Below are positions 27,548 to 37,500 of a stretch of DNA of 64,000 bases, piece after piece. The DNA lies in contig JAZKFH010000042.1 of assembly GCA_040386535.1 (NCBI GenBank), positions 128,001 to 192,000 of the forward strand. Direction: 5' to 3'. A model generated the notes under the pieces. That model was not told the DNA's origin, did not search any database, and was given only the letters and a program-made list of their open reading frames with translations. The position numbers and the translations under genes are program-made. Numbering within the stretch: position 1 is the first letter of the stretch; each line of letters begins with the position of its first letter. The stretch is from Myxococcota bacterium (GTDB lineage Bacteria; Myxococcota_A; UBA796; SXON01).

Positions 27548-28270
27548 TCACTCGTAGACCTTCGCGGCCGCGAGCATCTCCGCGACGGTGCTCCAGCTGG
27601 GAGTCTCGGGTACCGCTTCGCCCATGTTCCGGTAGAAACCATCCATTCCTTCTACCCAGTACGCGAGCGCGGTCAGAAAGCTGTGAAGGTCGGCGTTCTC
27701 CCAAGTCTCCGGATGGCGCTTGAAGTCTGCCGCCATCTCCTCGATGAAGGTGGCTAAGCTTTGCTGGTCGACGACGCCCGCCGTCCGTTCGCGAGCAACA
27801 AAACCCGGTGCCGGCGTTTCGGGCGGGTCAGAGGCAACCACAGTACGACGGTCTCGGGCGTGCGACAGGTGATGGCGGTGCTTTTCGAGGATTCGGCGAA
27901 GAAAGGGCGTGACGAGCCACTGTGCATTGTGGTTCTCGCTTTCTGGAACAGACCAGTACCAAACGGAGTACGCGTGCAGGTCGATGTTGCGGTCGAGAGC
28001 GTCCAGGGCGCACTGCCAGCGGGCGTCGAACCCAATGCTGCGTCCGAGGTCCTCGAACGACTGGAGGATCATCTCCATCAGAGTGAACCTCTCGTCGTCG
28101 CAGAGCTCGCCCGATTCATAGGCGTCGAGGAACTCGTCGAGCCGTTCGGCATCAGCCACCTCCCACGGCCAGTCCTGCATTTCGGGGCTGTTCGGAAGGC
28201 CGAACCGTTTCGCGAGGGAGTCGATCGCGGCGGCGGACGGAAACCTCCAGAGGTGCTCGGGTACTGACAT
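27548..28270 (-). CDS. Two-domain hypothetical protein, immunity-protein-like (C-terminal DUF7660-like WEN..L..FL...SW......L.AA..YE)
   Basis: 240 aa; N-domain QDWPWEVAD..RLDEF...WYW; Pro-rich linker; C-domain WENADLHSFL...PSWSTVAEMLAAAKVYE; AT-richer codons than flanks. Confidence 0.7.
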   Translation of the reverse strand: MSVPEHLWRFPSAAAIDSLAKRFGLPNSPEMQDWPWEVADAERLDEFLDAYESGELCDDERFTLMEMILQSFEDLGRSIGFDARWQCALDALDRNIDLHAYSVWYWSVPESENHNAQWLVTPFLRRILEKHRHHLSHARDRRTVVASDPPETPAPGFVARERTAGVVDQQSLATFIEEMAADFKRHPETWENADLHSFLTALAYWVEGMDGFYRNMGEAVPETPSWSTVAEMLAAAKVYE

Positions 28271-28696
28271 GGCCGCTCCCTAACCGCCCGGGCGGCGTCT
28301 GCAGCGGTCGCGGCGCCTCCATAGCGGCCGTAGGAGGTGGGATCAGGCATGAGCGGGAGCAAGGTTGGCTTGAAGGATGACGCTCTGTCAGATAACGCGA
28401 AGACGACTGCTGACGTGCGAGGCAGCCTCCGCGCGTCCCCGCGCGGGCTATCTTGGCCGCCGTCCCCCCGGCGTCTGCGACGGGGGGCGCATGTCCCGGG
28501 CGCCCTCGACACCCTTGAGAACCACCGCGATGCTTCGGGCGCCCGGGCCAGTTCCGCCGTCCCCGGCGGAACTGAGCAGCACATCGGCCAGTTATTCGAA
28601 GGCGTGCGATCCCGACGGGCAGGTGCGACCCTCACGGTCCCTGTGGCGCCACACGACACGGCCCCGCGCCTTCTTCGGCGGATGGTACGTGCATAG

Positions 28697-29011
28697 TTAG
28701 CCTTGCGTGTTGATGAACCTCATGCTGCCGCACACCAACCGGAAGGCTGCGTGATCCGCGTGTAGCTCAAGATGCTCTACCCCCTCTACTTCGATAGTTC
28801 CGAGCACAAGTCGATACGGGCCGCCTTGGAGGTTCCCTTCAAAACGAACACAGTCGAGGCACAGGAGTTTTTCGTGGATTGGATAGGCACCGCGATGGAG
28901 CGCCAGTACCATCCGGTGATGGGTAATCCCGTACTCCATCACCCACACGTACCACTGCTCCTGCCGCTCCAGGCTTGCACGCACCGCATCGAGGTGAGGA
29001 TCGTTCGACAC
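28697..29011 (-). CDS. Small hypothetical protein (cassette-like)
   Basis: 104 aa, AT-richer; GTTAGGC upstream and TAA stop lying within GGCTAAC. Confidence 0.55.
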   Translation of the reverse strand: MSNDPHLDAVRASLERQEQWYVWVMEYGITHHRMVLALHRGAYPIHEKLLCLDCVRFEGNLQGGPYRLVLGTIEVEGVEHLELHADHAAFRLVCGSMRFINTQG

Positions 29012-29373
29012 GGAAGCACCCGGCTGCTTGTAGAGCCGCGGAGCCTAACTCGCCCAGCGAAAAGGTGAACCTTCGCCGCGAACGCGCTTTCCTGCTTTCG
29101 CGGGCACGCCGGCGTGTCGGCCATGGTGGTCGCCGTACGCGGCGGTAGGAGCGGCGCGCGCTCATCAGGCCTCGGTTAGCCCTGGGTTTGCGCCGGTACT
29201 TCCGAGCAGTGAGTGCCGGTGCGGCACGGACTCCGGGAGCGGCAGGCCCGGGGCTTCACGCCATCTTCGGCGGGGAGGCTCACGGAGGGCGATCCCGATG
29301 CGTGAAGGGGAGGAGGGAGCGTGCACGTGGCTTGAGTCAACACGCTGATCTGGAGCGGCGCGGACTGGGGTGA

Positions 29374-29421
29374 TCGACTTTGACCCGAAATGCGACTATA
29401 CTTCGGACCTGAAGAGAGGTC
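29374..29421 (+). promoter_or_regulatory. Sigma-70-like promoter and operator of TA module
   Basis: TCGACT(29374-29379)-N17-TATACT(29397-29402); inverted repeat GACCT-N6-AGGTC (29406-29421) just before ATG 29425. Confidence 0.6.
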
Positions 29422-29424
29422 ATA

Positions 29425-29721
29425 ATGCGCGCGATCAGACCGAGCGAGGACGTCATCCCGGTGACCGAGCTCAAGGCTCATCTGTCCGAGGTGGTTCGGC
29501 AAGTGGAGGAGTCGGGTCGTCCTGTCATCCTGACCCGTCATGGCCGGGGCGTGCTCGTGCTGATGTCGGTCCACGACTACGAGGAGATGCAGGACGTGCA
29601 GGAGCGCGCGGAGCTCCAGCGTGCGGTCGAAGCGGCAGAGCGTGAGATTGCGGAGGGGAAGTTCGTGGAGGGCGAGGTGATGGAGCGCAAGTTGGAGAGG
29701 CTCGCGAAGAGTGCCCGGTAG
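29425..29721 (+). CDS. Type II antitoxin, Phd/YefM family
   Basis: IPVTELKAHLSEVVRQVEESGRPVILTRHGRGVLVLMSVHDYE signature. Confidence 0.9.
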   Translation: MRAIRPSEDVIPVTELKAHLSEVVRQVEESGRPVILTRHGRGVLVLMSVHDYEEMQDVQERAELQRAVEAAEREIAEGKFVEGEVMERKLERLAKSAR

Positions 29722-30037
29722 GCGCAAGATCCGATGGGCGCGGCTGGCGGAGCGGGACTTCGACCGGGCCCACGGGTACTGGGTCGAACAAAGTCCTCGC
29801 ACGGGGGCCCGCTTCGCGGCGAGCACGCTCGCGGCTGTACGGGCGATCGGCGAGAACCCGGACCTGGGTTCGCCCGTACTGGAGCTTGAGCCGCCCGGTG
29901 CGTACCGGGCTCGGCTCGCGGGTCCCCTCTACCGCGTCATCTTCCGTGTTGAGGGAGACGTTGTCTCGATCATGCGGGTGTGGGACACCCGCCGCGATCC
30001 GCAGGGCTTGGTAGTGGACGACTTGGAATCACCCTGA
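29711..30037 (+). CDS. Type II toxin, RelE/ParE family
   Basis: IRWARLAERDF, ENPDLG, YRVIFRVEGDVVSIMRVWDTRRDP; overlaps antitoxin by 11 nt. Confidence 0.88.
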   Translation: MPGRRKIRWARLAERDFDRAHGYWVEQSPRTGARFAASTLAAVRAIGENPDLGSPVLELEPPGAYRARLAGPLYRVIFRVEGDVVSIMRVWDTRRDPQGLVVDDLESP

Positions 30038-30508
30038 TCGCTACTACCTCCGAGGCCGAGGCATCGATTGAGCCGGTGGCGTAGGAGCGTCTTTCGAGGA
30101 GGCCGCAAGGTCGCCCGCCGAGCGTAGCGGTGGGAGCGGCGCGCTACGACGTATGGTGCGACTCGCCCGTCACCATTGGCGCCGGTTCTACCGCGGAGCG
30201 AGAAACGGTGCCGCGCGGCCTCCGGGCGAAGCAAGGCCGCCTCGAACTTCGTAAAGTGGTGGCCGGGGGATTGCACGCTTTCGGAGAACCACCTCCTATC
30301 CGCCCCCGCTCATCCGCCATCCCCGACTCCTCCCCTTCGCCGCCGCCGCCCCCCCTCCCCCGCGCGAGGCCTCCGCCGGGCGGCCGCTCGGCGGCCGGTC
30401 CCGCCCACGTCCGCGTGGGCGGACCGAGCGAAGCGAGCCCAGAGGAGGCCGACCGCCGGCGGCCTCCGCCGGCGGTCGCGCCCAGATCCAAGTCAGGGAG
30501 CCCCCCGA

Positions 30509-30931
30509 CTACCCCAACCGCGCCTCCAACGTGATCGTCACCCCCGCCAGCGCCTTGGACACCGGGCACGTCTTCTTGGTCTCCTCCGCGATGGTCTGGA
30601 ACTGCGCCGGGTCCGCGCCGGGCACGACGGCGAGGGTGGTGAGCGCGATGGTGGTGATGGCGAAGCCGGCGGTCTGCTTCTCGAGGGTGACGGCGGCAGC
30701 GGTGCCGACGCTCGTGGGCTTGAGGCCGGCGCGCTCGAGGGCGCCGGTGAGGGCCATGGAGAAGCAGCCCGAGAGGGCGGCGCCGATGAGCTCCTCGGGG
30801 TTGCTGCCGGGTTGGCCCTCGAAGCGGGTGGAGAGGGAGAAGGGCGCCTCGGGGGCGTGGGCGGGCTTCATCGCGCCCTTGCCGTCCTTGAGGCCGCCGT
30901 TCCACTGGGCGCTACCGTTGCTGATGCTCAT
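30509..30931 (-). CDS. osmC: OsmC family peroxiredoxin
   Basis: AQWNGGLKDGKG, TRFE..PGSNPEELIGAALSGCFSMAL, KKTCPVSKAL. Confidence 0.93.
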   Translation of the reverse strand: MSISNGSAQWNGGLKDGKGAMKPAHAPEAPFSLSTRFEGQPGSNPEELIGAALSGCFSMALTGALERAGLKPTSVGTAAAVTLEKQTAGFAITTIALTTLAVVPGADPAQFQTIAEETKKTCPVSKALAGVTITLEARLG

Positions 30932-30971
30932 GAGAGGCTCCGTTTGGTTGCACGCCTCTTTAGCCCGCCTC

Positions 30972-32429
30972 CTATGCGCCGGCCTCCAAACTCCGCATGG
31001 CCACGGCGCACGCCCGGAACACGCGCCCGAGACGGGTCTGGTCCTCGATCATGGGGAGTTTGGGCCACGTAGCGCGCTCTCCCTCCCGGATGAACAGCGC
31101 GAGGTCGGCGCGGGAGGGATTGGAGACCACTTTTCGTAGCAATTCGGAACGGAAGCGCGGGTGGATCTCGATGTCGCCGCGGTAGTCCTGGGTCATGAGT
31201 GCGTAGGCGCGGTCGGCGGCCTGGCGGACGGGGCCGCTCCAGGCGGGGGTCAGGCGGCGCGCGACGTCGGCGGTGTAGGCGCCCTGGGTGCGCGCGGTTG
31301 CGGTCGCGACGCCGGCCACGGCGGGAACGACGCCCCGCTCGCCCTGCTTGCCGACGAACAACGTGACATGCGGGTTGGTCTGGCTGACGATGAAGTGGTT
31401 GACGTTGTGGAGGCGGGCGAGGCGGAGCTTGGGGAGGTCCCCGTAGATGGAACCGTCGACCCAACGCTCGCTCGGGACGTAGGGGACACGGCTGCCGTCG
31501 GGGCCGCGCGCGTCGAGCACCACGGGCGGAAACAAGCCGGGGAGCGCGCTGGATGCGAGGGCGGCGCTCGACACGAACACGTCGGGCGAGGTGAGGTGGG
31601 AGAGGACGCGCGGCTTCTGGCGGGTTCGTGTGGGGGACACGGAGATGTTCAGCGCGCGGCCGCTGCGTTGGTAGGCCTCGGCGAAGGTCCACTCACCCAC
31701 GTTGTGACGGAGCACCTCGAGCAGGCGCTCGGGATCGAGGACCGCGCCCGCTTCGAGCGCGCGGCGGGGAGAGACCGGCAGCAGGCCGTCGAGCCGGATG
31801 CTGTCGGTGTCGGCGAACATCTGCGCCAGCTCCGCATCCGTACGCGTACACGCGCCGGCCGCGATCATCGCGCCGGTGCTGGCACCCGACAAGATGTCGG
31901 GGAGGACGCCGTCCTCGAACAGCGCCTTGACCACGCCGAGGTGGTGGAACCCCCACGTCGCGCCGCCCGACAACATCAGCGCGGAGCGGCCGTAAACCTG
32001 CCACGCGTCCTTGAACCGTTGGCCCTTGTCACCCGGGGTGAGGCCGACGACCGGGTTGGACACGACCCAACGGAGCGCGGCCTCGACCTCGTCGAGCCAC
32101 GCACGCACGAGGTGTTTGGGGCCGGCGAGCGCGGTGACGTAGAGCTCGTGCGCCGCGATGTCGGCCTGGTGGCGGTACACCGTGGCGGTCAGGGCGTCGA
32201 CGAGGCCGCGACCGTTCCGAGCGAGCCGCAAGCGCCGCAGATCGGCGACATCCTTCTCGACGAGCTTGTGGTCGTAGTAGACGCTGGCGCCGTCCTCCCG
32301 CCACTCGGCGGCGCCGGTGAGCTGATCGTGGGCCTCGGCGGCCTCCTTCCACGCGGTGTAGGAATCGGCGGCGTCGAGGGCGGCGACGGCCTCGCGGAGG
32401 TTGCGACGGGTGGCGGATGCGCGGAACAT
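30972..32429 (-). CDS. Patatin-like lipase with N-terminal DUF3336 (TGL/SDP1-like)
   Basis: ALMLSGGATWGFHHLGVVKAL, GASTG (GxSxG), ASSALPG, WVDGS, NVNHFIVSQTNPH; ATG at 32429. Confidence 0.88.
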   Translation of the reverse strand: MFRASATRRNLREAVAALDAADSYTAWKEAAEAHDQLTGAAEWREDGASVYYDHKLVEKDVADLRRLRLARNGRGLVDALTATVYRHQADIAAHELYVTALAGPKHLVRAWLDEVEAALRWVVSNPVVGLTPGDKGQRFKDAWQVYGRSALMLSGGATWGFHHLGVVKALFEDGVLPDILSGASTGAMIAAGACTRTDAELAQMFADTDSIRLDGLLPVSPRRALEAGAVLDPERLLEVLRHNVGEWTFAEAYQRSGRALNISVSPTRTRQKPRVLSHLTSPDVFVSSAALASSALPGLFPPVVLDARGPDGSRVPYVPSERWVDGSIYGDLPKLRLARLHNVNHFIVSQTNPHVTLFVGKQGERGVVPAVAGVATATARTQGAYTADVARRLTPAWSGPVRQAADRAYALMTQDYRGDIEIHPRFRSELLRKVVSNPSRADLALFIREGERATWPKLPMIEDQTRLGRVFRACAVAMRSLEAGA

Positions 32430-32538
32430 GGCTGGTTTCGGGAGTACCCGACCGTCGGGGAGGTGTCGAGGGAGCTGTCGAGGGCGCCGCCGACACGCCC
32501 GCCCCGCGCTATCGTGGCCGCTCGCTCCGGAGCCTCGC

Positions 32539-34107
32539 GTGTCCACCACCTTCTCCCTCCGCCTGACCCGCCCGCCGACGCGTGACGCGCTCACCACGCT
32601 CTGCGACGAGCCCGATCTCGGCTGGTCGGACGAGGTCGCGACGCCGTGGCCCGACCGCACGTTCACCCACGTGCACCTCCCCGGCCTCTCCACGCGCGGG
32701 CTCGAGCTCGGGCCCGAGGGGGGTGCGTTCACAGTGCGGGTGCTGTCCAACTCGGCGCCGGAGGAGCTGGCGATGGCGGTACGCCTCGTGGCCGGGCTGG
32801 CGCGCAGCGAGAGGTGCACGATCCAGCAGGACGGCGAAGGCGCGATGGACGCCGACACCTTCGAGGCGAAGTTCGACGCCGCGTGGATCGCGAAGACCGT
32901 GGAGCAGGACTTCGCCGCGCTCGTGGCGATGGCCGCCGACCGGGTGGTGTCCCTCCCCGGCCCCATCCGCGACACGACGTTCGGCCCCGCCACGCTCGCG
33001 CGGGTGCCCGCCACGTCGGACGCCCTGCTCCGCGTGATGCGCGATGTGAACTATCCGAACGGGCCCGACGGCGACGAGAGCGACGAGGGCGAGCTGTACG
33101 TCTCCAAGGGGATCCGCGTGGCGCGGGACGGGCGCGAGGTGGTGATCCACGCCCTCACGTCGGGCGTGTCGTATTTCCTATCCAAGTGTGACGTGTACGC
33201 GCTGATGGACGTCCCGGCGCTCCACATCCCCGCGACCGAGCTGCTCCGCCTCGCGCCCGACCACGTGACGCCGGTGGACGAGGTGTGCGTGCGCCTGCGC
33301 GCGATGGAAGACGACGCCTGGGCCGAGCTCCTGGAGCGCGCCCGCCCGCTCGGCCACGAGGATCCGTTCGAGGCCGCGCCCCCCGACGACCGCGCCCGGC
33401 CCGCCGGCACGCTGCTCCCCCTGCTCCGGCCGCCGAGCTGGCGCGCCCGCGACACCGCCGCGTTCCGGCCGCTGCTCACCAGCATGGTGACCATCCCCCA
33501 CATGCCGCTGGTCTCGATCGTGTCGGACACCCCCGTCGCGACCGCGAGCATGCCCGCCGGGCTCTGGCCGGGCGCCGAGACCGCCACGTTCGAGGTGTCC
33601 GAACAGAACGCGGTCGCCAACCTCGACCGGCTCGACCTGCCGTTCAAGGAGGAGGCGGAGGCCGGCGCGGTCACGAGCCTCACCGCCATCGGCGAGTACG
33701 CCGCCGAGCTGCTCCTCTCCAAGCGGCGCCTGGACGAGGCGCACCAGAAGCTCGGACCGCTGATGGTCGCGTCGACGCCCGTGCGCGGGCTCCTGCGCCT
33801 GCAGCGTGGCGACGACGTACAGGGCACCGGGCGGCTCGTGGAGTGGGCGCAGCGCTGCTTCGACGACGCCGGCCGCCGCGCCACCGGGCAGCCGGGGCTC
33901 ACCCCGCTCGTGTTCGGCGTGGTCGACGGAAAGGTGGCCGCGCTGGTGCAGGCGCGTGCCGACGGCAGCGGGGACGAGAGCATGGAGATGGAGGCGCCCG
34001 TTCCGCGCGGGGGCGAGCCGGTGGGGAAGAGCAACCGCACGCTGCTCGTCGTCGTCGCGGTGGTGATCCTGGTGGTGTTGGCGGCGGCCTACGCGCTGGC
34101 GGGGTGA
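32539..34107 (+). CDS. Hypothetical protein, DUF4299-like N-terminus, C-terminal TM anchor
   Basis: STRGLEL...VRVLSNSAPEELAMA resembles DUF4299; terminal hydrophobic helix. Confidence 0.55.
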   Translation: MSTTFSLRLTRPPTRDALTTLCDEPDLGWSDEVATPWPDRTFTHVHLPGLSTRGLELGPEGGAFTVRVLSNSAPEELAMAVRLVAGLARSERCTIQQDGEGAMDADTFEAKFDAAWIAKTVEQDFAALVAMAADRVVSLPGPIRDTTFGPATLARVPATSDALLRVMRDVNYPNGPDGDESDEGELYVSKGIRVARDGREVVIHALTSGVSYFLSKCDVYALMDVPALHIPATELLRLAPDHVTPVDEVCVRLRAMEDDAWAELLERARPLGHEDPFEAAPPDDRARPAGTLLPLLRPPSWRARDTAAFRPLLTSMVTIPHMPLVSIVSDTPVATASMPAGLWPGAETATFEVSEQNAVANLDRLDLPFKEEAEAGAVTSLTAIGEYAAELLLSKRRLDEAHQKLGPLMVASTPVRGLLRLQRGDDVQGTGRLVEWAQRCFDDAGRRATGQPGLTPLVFGVVDGKVAALVQARADGSGDESMEMEAPVPRGGEPVGKSNRTLLVVVAVVILVVLAAAYALAG

Positions 34108-34157
34108 TCCTTCGGCCGCCACGCCCCGTACACCTCCCGTCCGGATAGACGCTGACC

Positions 34158-35072
34158 GTGCTCCTCCTGCTCGCGCTCCCCGCCCTCGCGCACGTGCCCT
34201 TTCCGCGCGGCACGATGACGATCACCGAGGTGCACGCGGGGCCCGCGGCGGACGGTGGGCAATGGTTCGAGGTGCGCAACAACTCGACGTCGGGCCAGAA
34301 CCTGGTCGAGCAGGTGTTCACCGACGCGGACGGGGACACGTTCCAGGTCACCCTCATCTACATCGTGCGCGCGGGTGAATACGCCGTGTTCGCGAGCGCG
34401 GACAGCACCGTGGTGGCCGACGTGACGCTGCCCGCGGGCTTCGACCTGCGTCCGGACGCGGGCGCGGTTGTGCACAGCGACATCACCGGGGTGGTGGACG
34501 AGGTGGTGTGGGATGCAAGCTGGGCGGTCTCCTCGACGAGCGCGCACCAGCTTGGCTTGGCCGTCGCGTCGAACGAGTGGGCCAACGACCTGTCGACCAA
34601 CTGGTGTGGGGGCGTCGGCACGCCCGGCGTGGAGAACGAACACTGCCCCGGCGCCGACACCGACGACGACGGCGACGGCTGGTCCGAGCGCGACGGCGAC
34701 TGCGACGACACCGATGCCGCCGTGTTCCCCGGCGCGGTGGACGGGCCGGACGCGCCCGACGACGGGGATTGTGACGGGGTGCGGGACGAGGACGTGCCGG
34801 TGGATACCGGGGGGGACTCGGGGGATACGGCGGGGGACTCCGGCGACTCTGGGGATACGGCTGGGGATACGGGCGAGACGGATTCGGGTGACACGGATTC
34901 GGGTGACACGGATTCGGGCGACACCGATTCGGCCGAGATCGATCCCGTCGATTCGGGGGACATCCCAGGAGACGGCCCCGCCTGTGCGCCCGGGTGTGGA
35001 GGCTCGGCCGCGGTGCTCGTTTGGGTCGGGGTATTGGGGGCGTGTCGGCGGGGGCGTCGGGTCGTGCCGTAG
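34158..35072 (+). CDS. Exported lamin-tail-domain protein with DxDGDG/DCDD metal-binding motif, GDT repeats and CTERM-like tail
   Basis: ITEVH...QWFEVRN, GTPGVEN, DDDGDGW...DCDDTDAAVFPGA, (DSGDT)n, GC-hydrophobic-RRGRR end. Confidence 0.75.
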   Translation: MLLLLALPALAHVPFPRGTMTITEVHAGPAADGGQWFEVRNNSTSGQNLVEQVFTDADGDTFQVTLIYIVRAGEYAVFASADSTVVADVTLPAGFDLRPDAGAVVHSDITGVVDEVVWDASWAVSSTSAHQLGLAVASNEWANDLSTNWCGGVGTPGVENEHCPGADTDDDGDGWSERDGDCDDTDAAVFPGAVDGPDAPDDGDCDGVRDEDVPVDTGGDSGDTAGDSGDSGDTAGDTGETDSGDTDSGDTDSGDTDSAEIDPVDSGDIPGDGPACAPGCGGSAAVLVWVGVLGACRRGRRVVP

Positions 35073-35634
35073 GGCCCCCCGGCGGCGCGGACGCCGCCGT
35101 CGCCCCTCTCCGGGCGCGCGCTGCGCGCTTGGTCCGCGGCCCCGCCCTTCCGGGCGGCGCGGCGGGACCGCCGGCCGGGCCGGCGCCCTGCGAGCGGCTG
35201 GGGCAGGGACCCATGCCCCTCCCAATGAACGAAGTCCAGGGTCATGTACCGGTGAACGCCGCAACCAGCGCGATCTGCGCGGTCGCCTTACGGACCAAGC
35301 GTCATTTTCGCGCGCAGCAGTAGCGTGTGGCCCATGGTTTTGCTCATTCACCAGGACATGACTCTGGAATAGCGGCGTTCAGTGGCACATGACCCCGCTC
35401 CAGGCCCGGTGCTCCACGAACCGCCCCCCCCTCGCCCGCGCCCTCTCCGCTCCGGAACCCTTGGCGTCTTGGCGCCTTGGCGGTTCACCCCTCCGGAGCC
35501 CCCCGCCCCGCCCTCCCCGCCGCCGCAGCGGCCGCGTCCGCGCGGACCGTCTGCCCAGCTCCCCTCGCTACTGACCCCTACCCGAGCAACAGCACCGGTC
35601 CCGCCGCTCCGAATCGGGTACGTTCTCCGTTCCC

Positions 35635-37500
35635 GTGATCTCCTCCTCCTGCCCCTCCTGCGGCTCTCCCCTGACCTTCCGGTCGGGCGCGGCGCTCACC
35701 GCCGTCTGCGCGTCGTGCCAGTCGTGCGTGGTCCGCGAAGGGGACGTGCTCAAGGACTACGGCAAGGTCGCCCGCTTCCAGCGCGATCTTTCGCCGATCC
35801 AGCTCGAGGCGCGCGGCAACCTCGACGGGCGGAGCTTCCGCGTGGCGGGCGTGCTCCGCAAGGCGCGCCAAGCCGTGCGCTGGAACGAGTGGTACATCAC
35901 CTTCGACGACGGGGGCGACGGCTGGATCGGTGAGGGCAACGGCCAGTGGTTCGCCTATGGCGAGCGCGTCGAGGTGCCGAGGGGGACGGTTCCGTCGGGC
36001 GGCGCGGGCGCCAAGATCGCGGTGGGCGACGGGAAGTGGATGGTGATGGAGGATGCGGTGGCGTCCGTCGTGGCCGCCGAGGGGAGCCTCCCCTTCCCCG
36101 TGTACCCCGAAGAGACAGGGCGGTACCTCGACCTGCGGGAGATCGGCGGCGCACGCGTGGCGACGCTCGACTTCGCTGACGACCCGCCGGTGTTGTGGCT
36201 CGGGCGCGACGTGACGCTCGTGCAGCTGCAGATGGAGGGCCTGCGCGCGTTCGCGGGCTGGTCCGATCCGGTGCTGGTGCACTTCGCCGGGCCCGAGGTC
36301 ACCGCGGTGCGCTCGCTGCGCTGCCCCAACTGCGGCGGCACCCTCGAGGTGCGCGCCCCCGGCGACACGCAGCGCGTGGGCTGCCCGTATTGCGCCTCGG
36401 TGGTCGGGGTCGACTCTGACGGGGACCTCGCCACCGCCGCGTTCATCGCGCGCGCCGAGAAGAACGTCATCAAGCCCGCCCTCCCGCTGGGCACGCGCGG
36501 CACCCTCCGCGGGCTCGACTGGGTCGTGATCGGCGCGATGGTCCGCTACGTCGTCGACGAGGGCGAGTGGTCGTGGACCGAGTACCTGCTCCACAACCCC
36601 TACCGCGGGTTCGCGTGGCTGGTGGACGACACGCAGCGCCACTGGAGCTTCGTCGAGCCGCTCCGGGGGGACGTGCCGCGCGGCGAGGGCAACGTGATGC
36701 GGGCCAAGGGCCGCACGTTCCGCAAGTTCCAGACGGGGGACGCGTTCGTGCGCCACGTGCTGGGCGAGTTCACGTGGGAGGTGGCCGTCGGTGACCGCGC
36801 GTGGACCGCCGACTACGTCGATCCGCCGCTGATGCTCTCGGGCGAGCGCACGGAGGACGAGGTCACCTGGTCGCTCGGCACCTGGCTGCCCACCGGCGAG
36901 GTGGAGAAGGCGTTCAAGGTGCAGCTGCCCCCCGCCACGGGCGTGGCGCCGCACCAGCCCAACCCCGCGAAGGACCCGGCGACCATCACCCGCGCAATCG
37001 TACGCGGCGCGCTGCTGGTGGCCGTCGCCGCCGTGCTGATGGTGCTCGCGTTCGTCCTCCCGGGGCGCGAGGCCGTCCTGGCGCACGAGTACATGGTCGT
37101 GCCCGGCGAGAACGCGTGGGTCACGTCGCCGTTGCAGCTCGACGCGCCGGCCACCGTCGCGTTCACGCTCGACGCGGACCTCGCCTCGACCCCCGACGTG
37201 CAGGTGTCGTTCATCCACGAGGGCACCGGCGAGGTGTGGGACTGGACCACCTACGGGGACGCGACCGCCACCGCCAAGCTCGACGCGGGCACGTGGAGCG
37301 GGCGCGTGGCGCTGGCCGTGCCGGCCACCGAGGCCGACGCGGGCCGCCTGATGAAGCTCGGCGCCGTGCGCGACCCGGGGTGGACCCTCCCCGCGATCCT
37401 CCTGTTCGTCTACACCCTCCTCGCTCCGATCGTCTTCTTCATCGACCTGAACGCGTTCGAGACGAAGCGGTGGGCGCAGAGCAACGTGGGAGGCGGCTGA
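35635..37500 (+). CDS. DUF4178 domain protein with zinc ribbons
   Basis: CPSCG..CASC and CPNCG..CPYC; WNEWY and WTEYLLHNP..GFAWL repeats; GEFTWEV; TM helices. Confidence 0.85.
   Translation: MISSSCPSCGSPLTFRSGAALTAVCASCQSCVVREGDVLKDYGKVARFQRDLSPIQLEARGNLDGRSFRVAGVLRKARQAVRWNEWYITFDDGGDGWIGEGNGQWFAYGERVEVPRGTVPSGGAGAKIAVGDGKWMVMEDAVASVVAAEGSLPFPVYPEETGRYLDLREIGGARVATLDFADDPPVLWLGRDVTLVQLQMEGLRAFAGWSDPVLVHFAGPEVTAVRSLRCPNCGGTLEVRAPGDTQRVGCPYCASVVGVDSDGDLATAAFIARAEKNVIKPALPLGTRGTLRGLDWVVIGAMVRYVVDEGEWSWTEYLLHNPYRGFAWLVDDTQRHWSFVEPLRGDVPRGEGNVMRAKGRTFRKFQTGDAFVRHVLGEFTWEVAVGDRAWTADYVDPPLMLSGERTEDEVTWSLGTWLPTGEVEKAFKVQLPPATGVAPHQPNPAKDPATITRAIVRGALLVAVAAVLMVLAFVLPGREAVLAHEYMVVPGENAWVTSPLQLDAPATVAFTLDADLASTPDVQVSFIHEGTGEVWDWTTYGDATATAKLDAGTWSGRVALAVPATEADAGRLMKLGAVRDPGWTLPAILLFVYTLLAPIVFFIDLNAFETKRWAQSNVGGG

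Noticed and set aside
27100..30400. Prophage or IS element
   Set aside because: No integrase, transposase, phage gene or tRNA target recognised.
35328..35344. Sigma-54 promoter upstream of the DUF4178 gene (TGGCCCATGGTTTTGCT)
   Set aside because: GG-to-GC spacing is 11 nt rather than the required 10.
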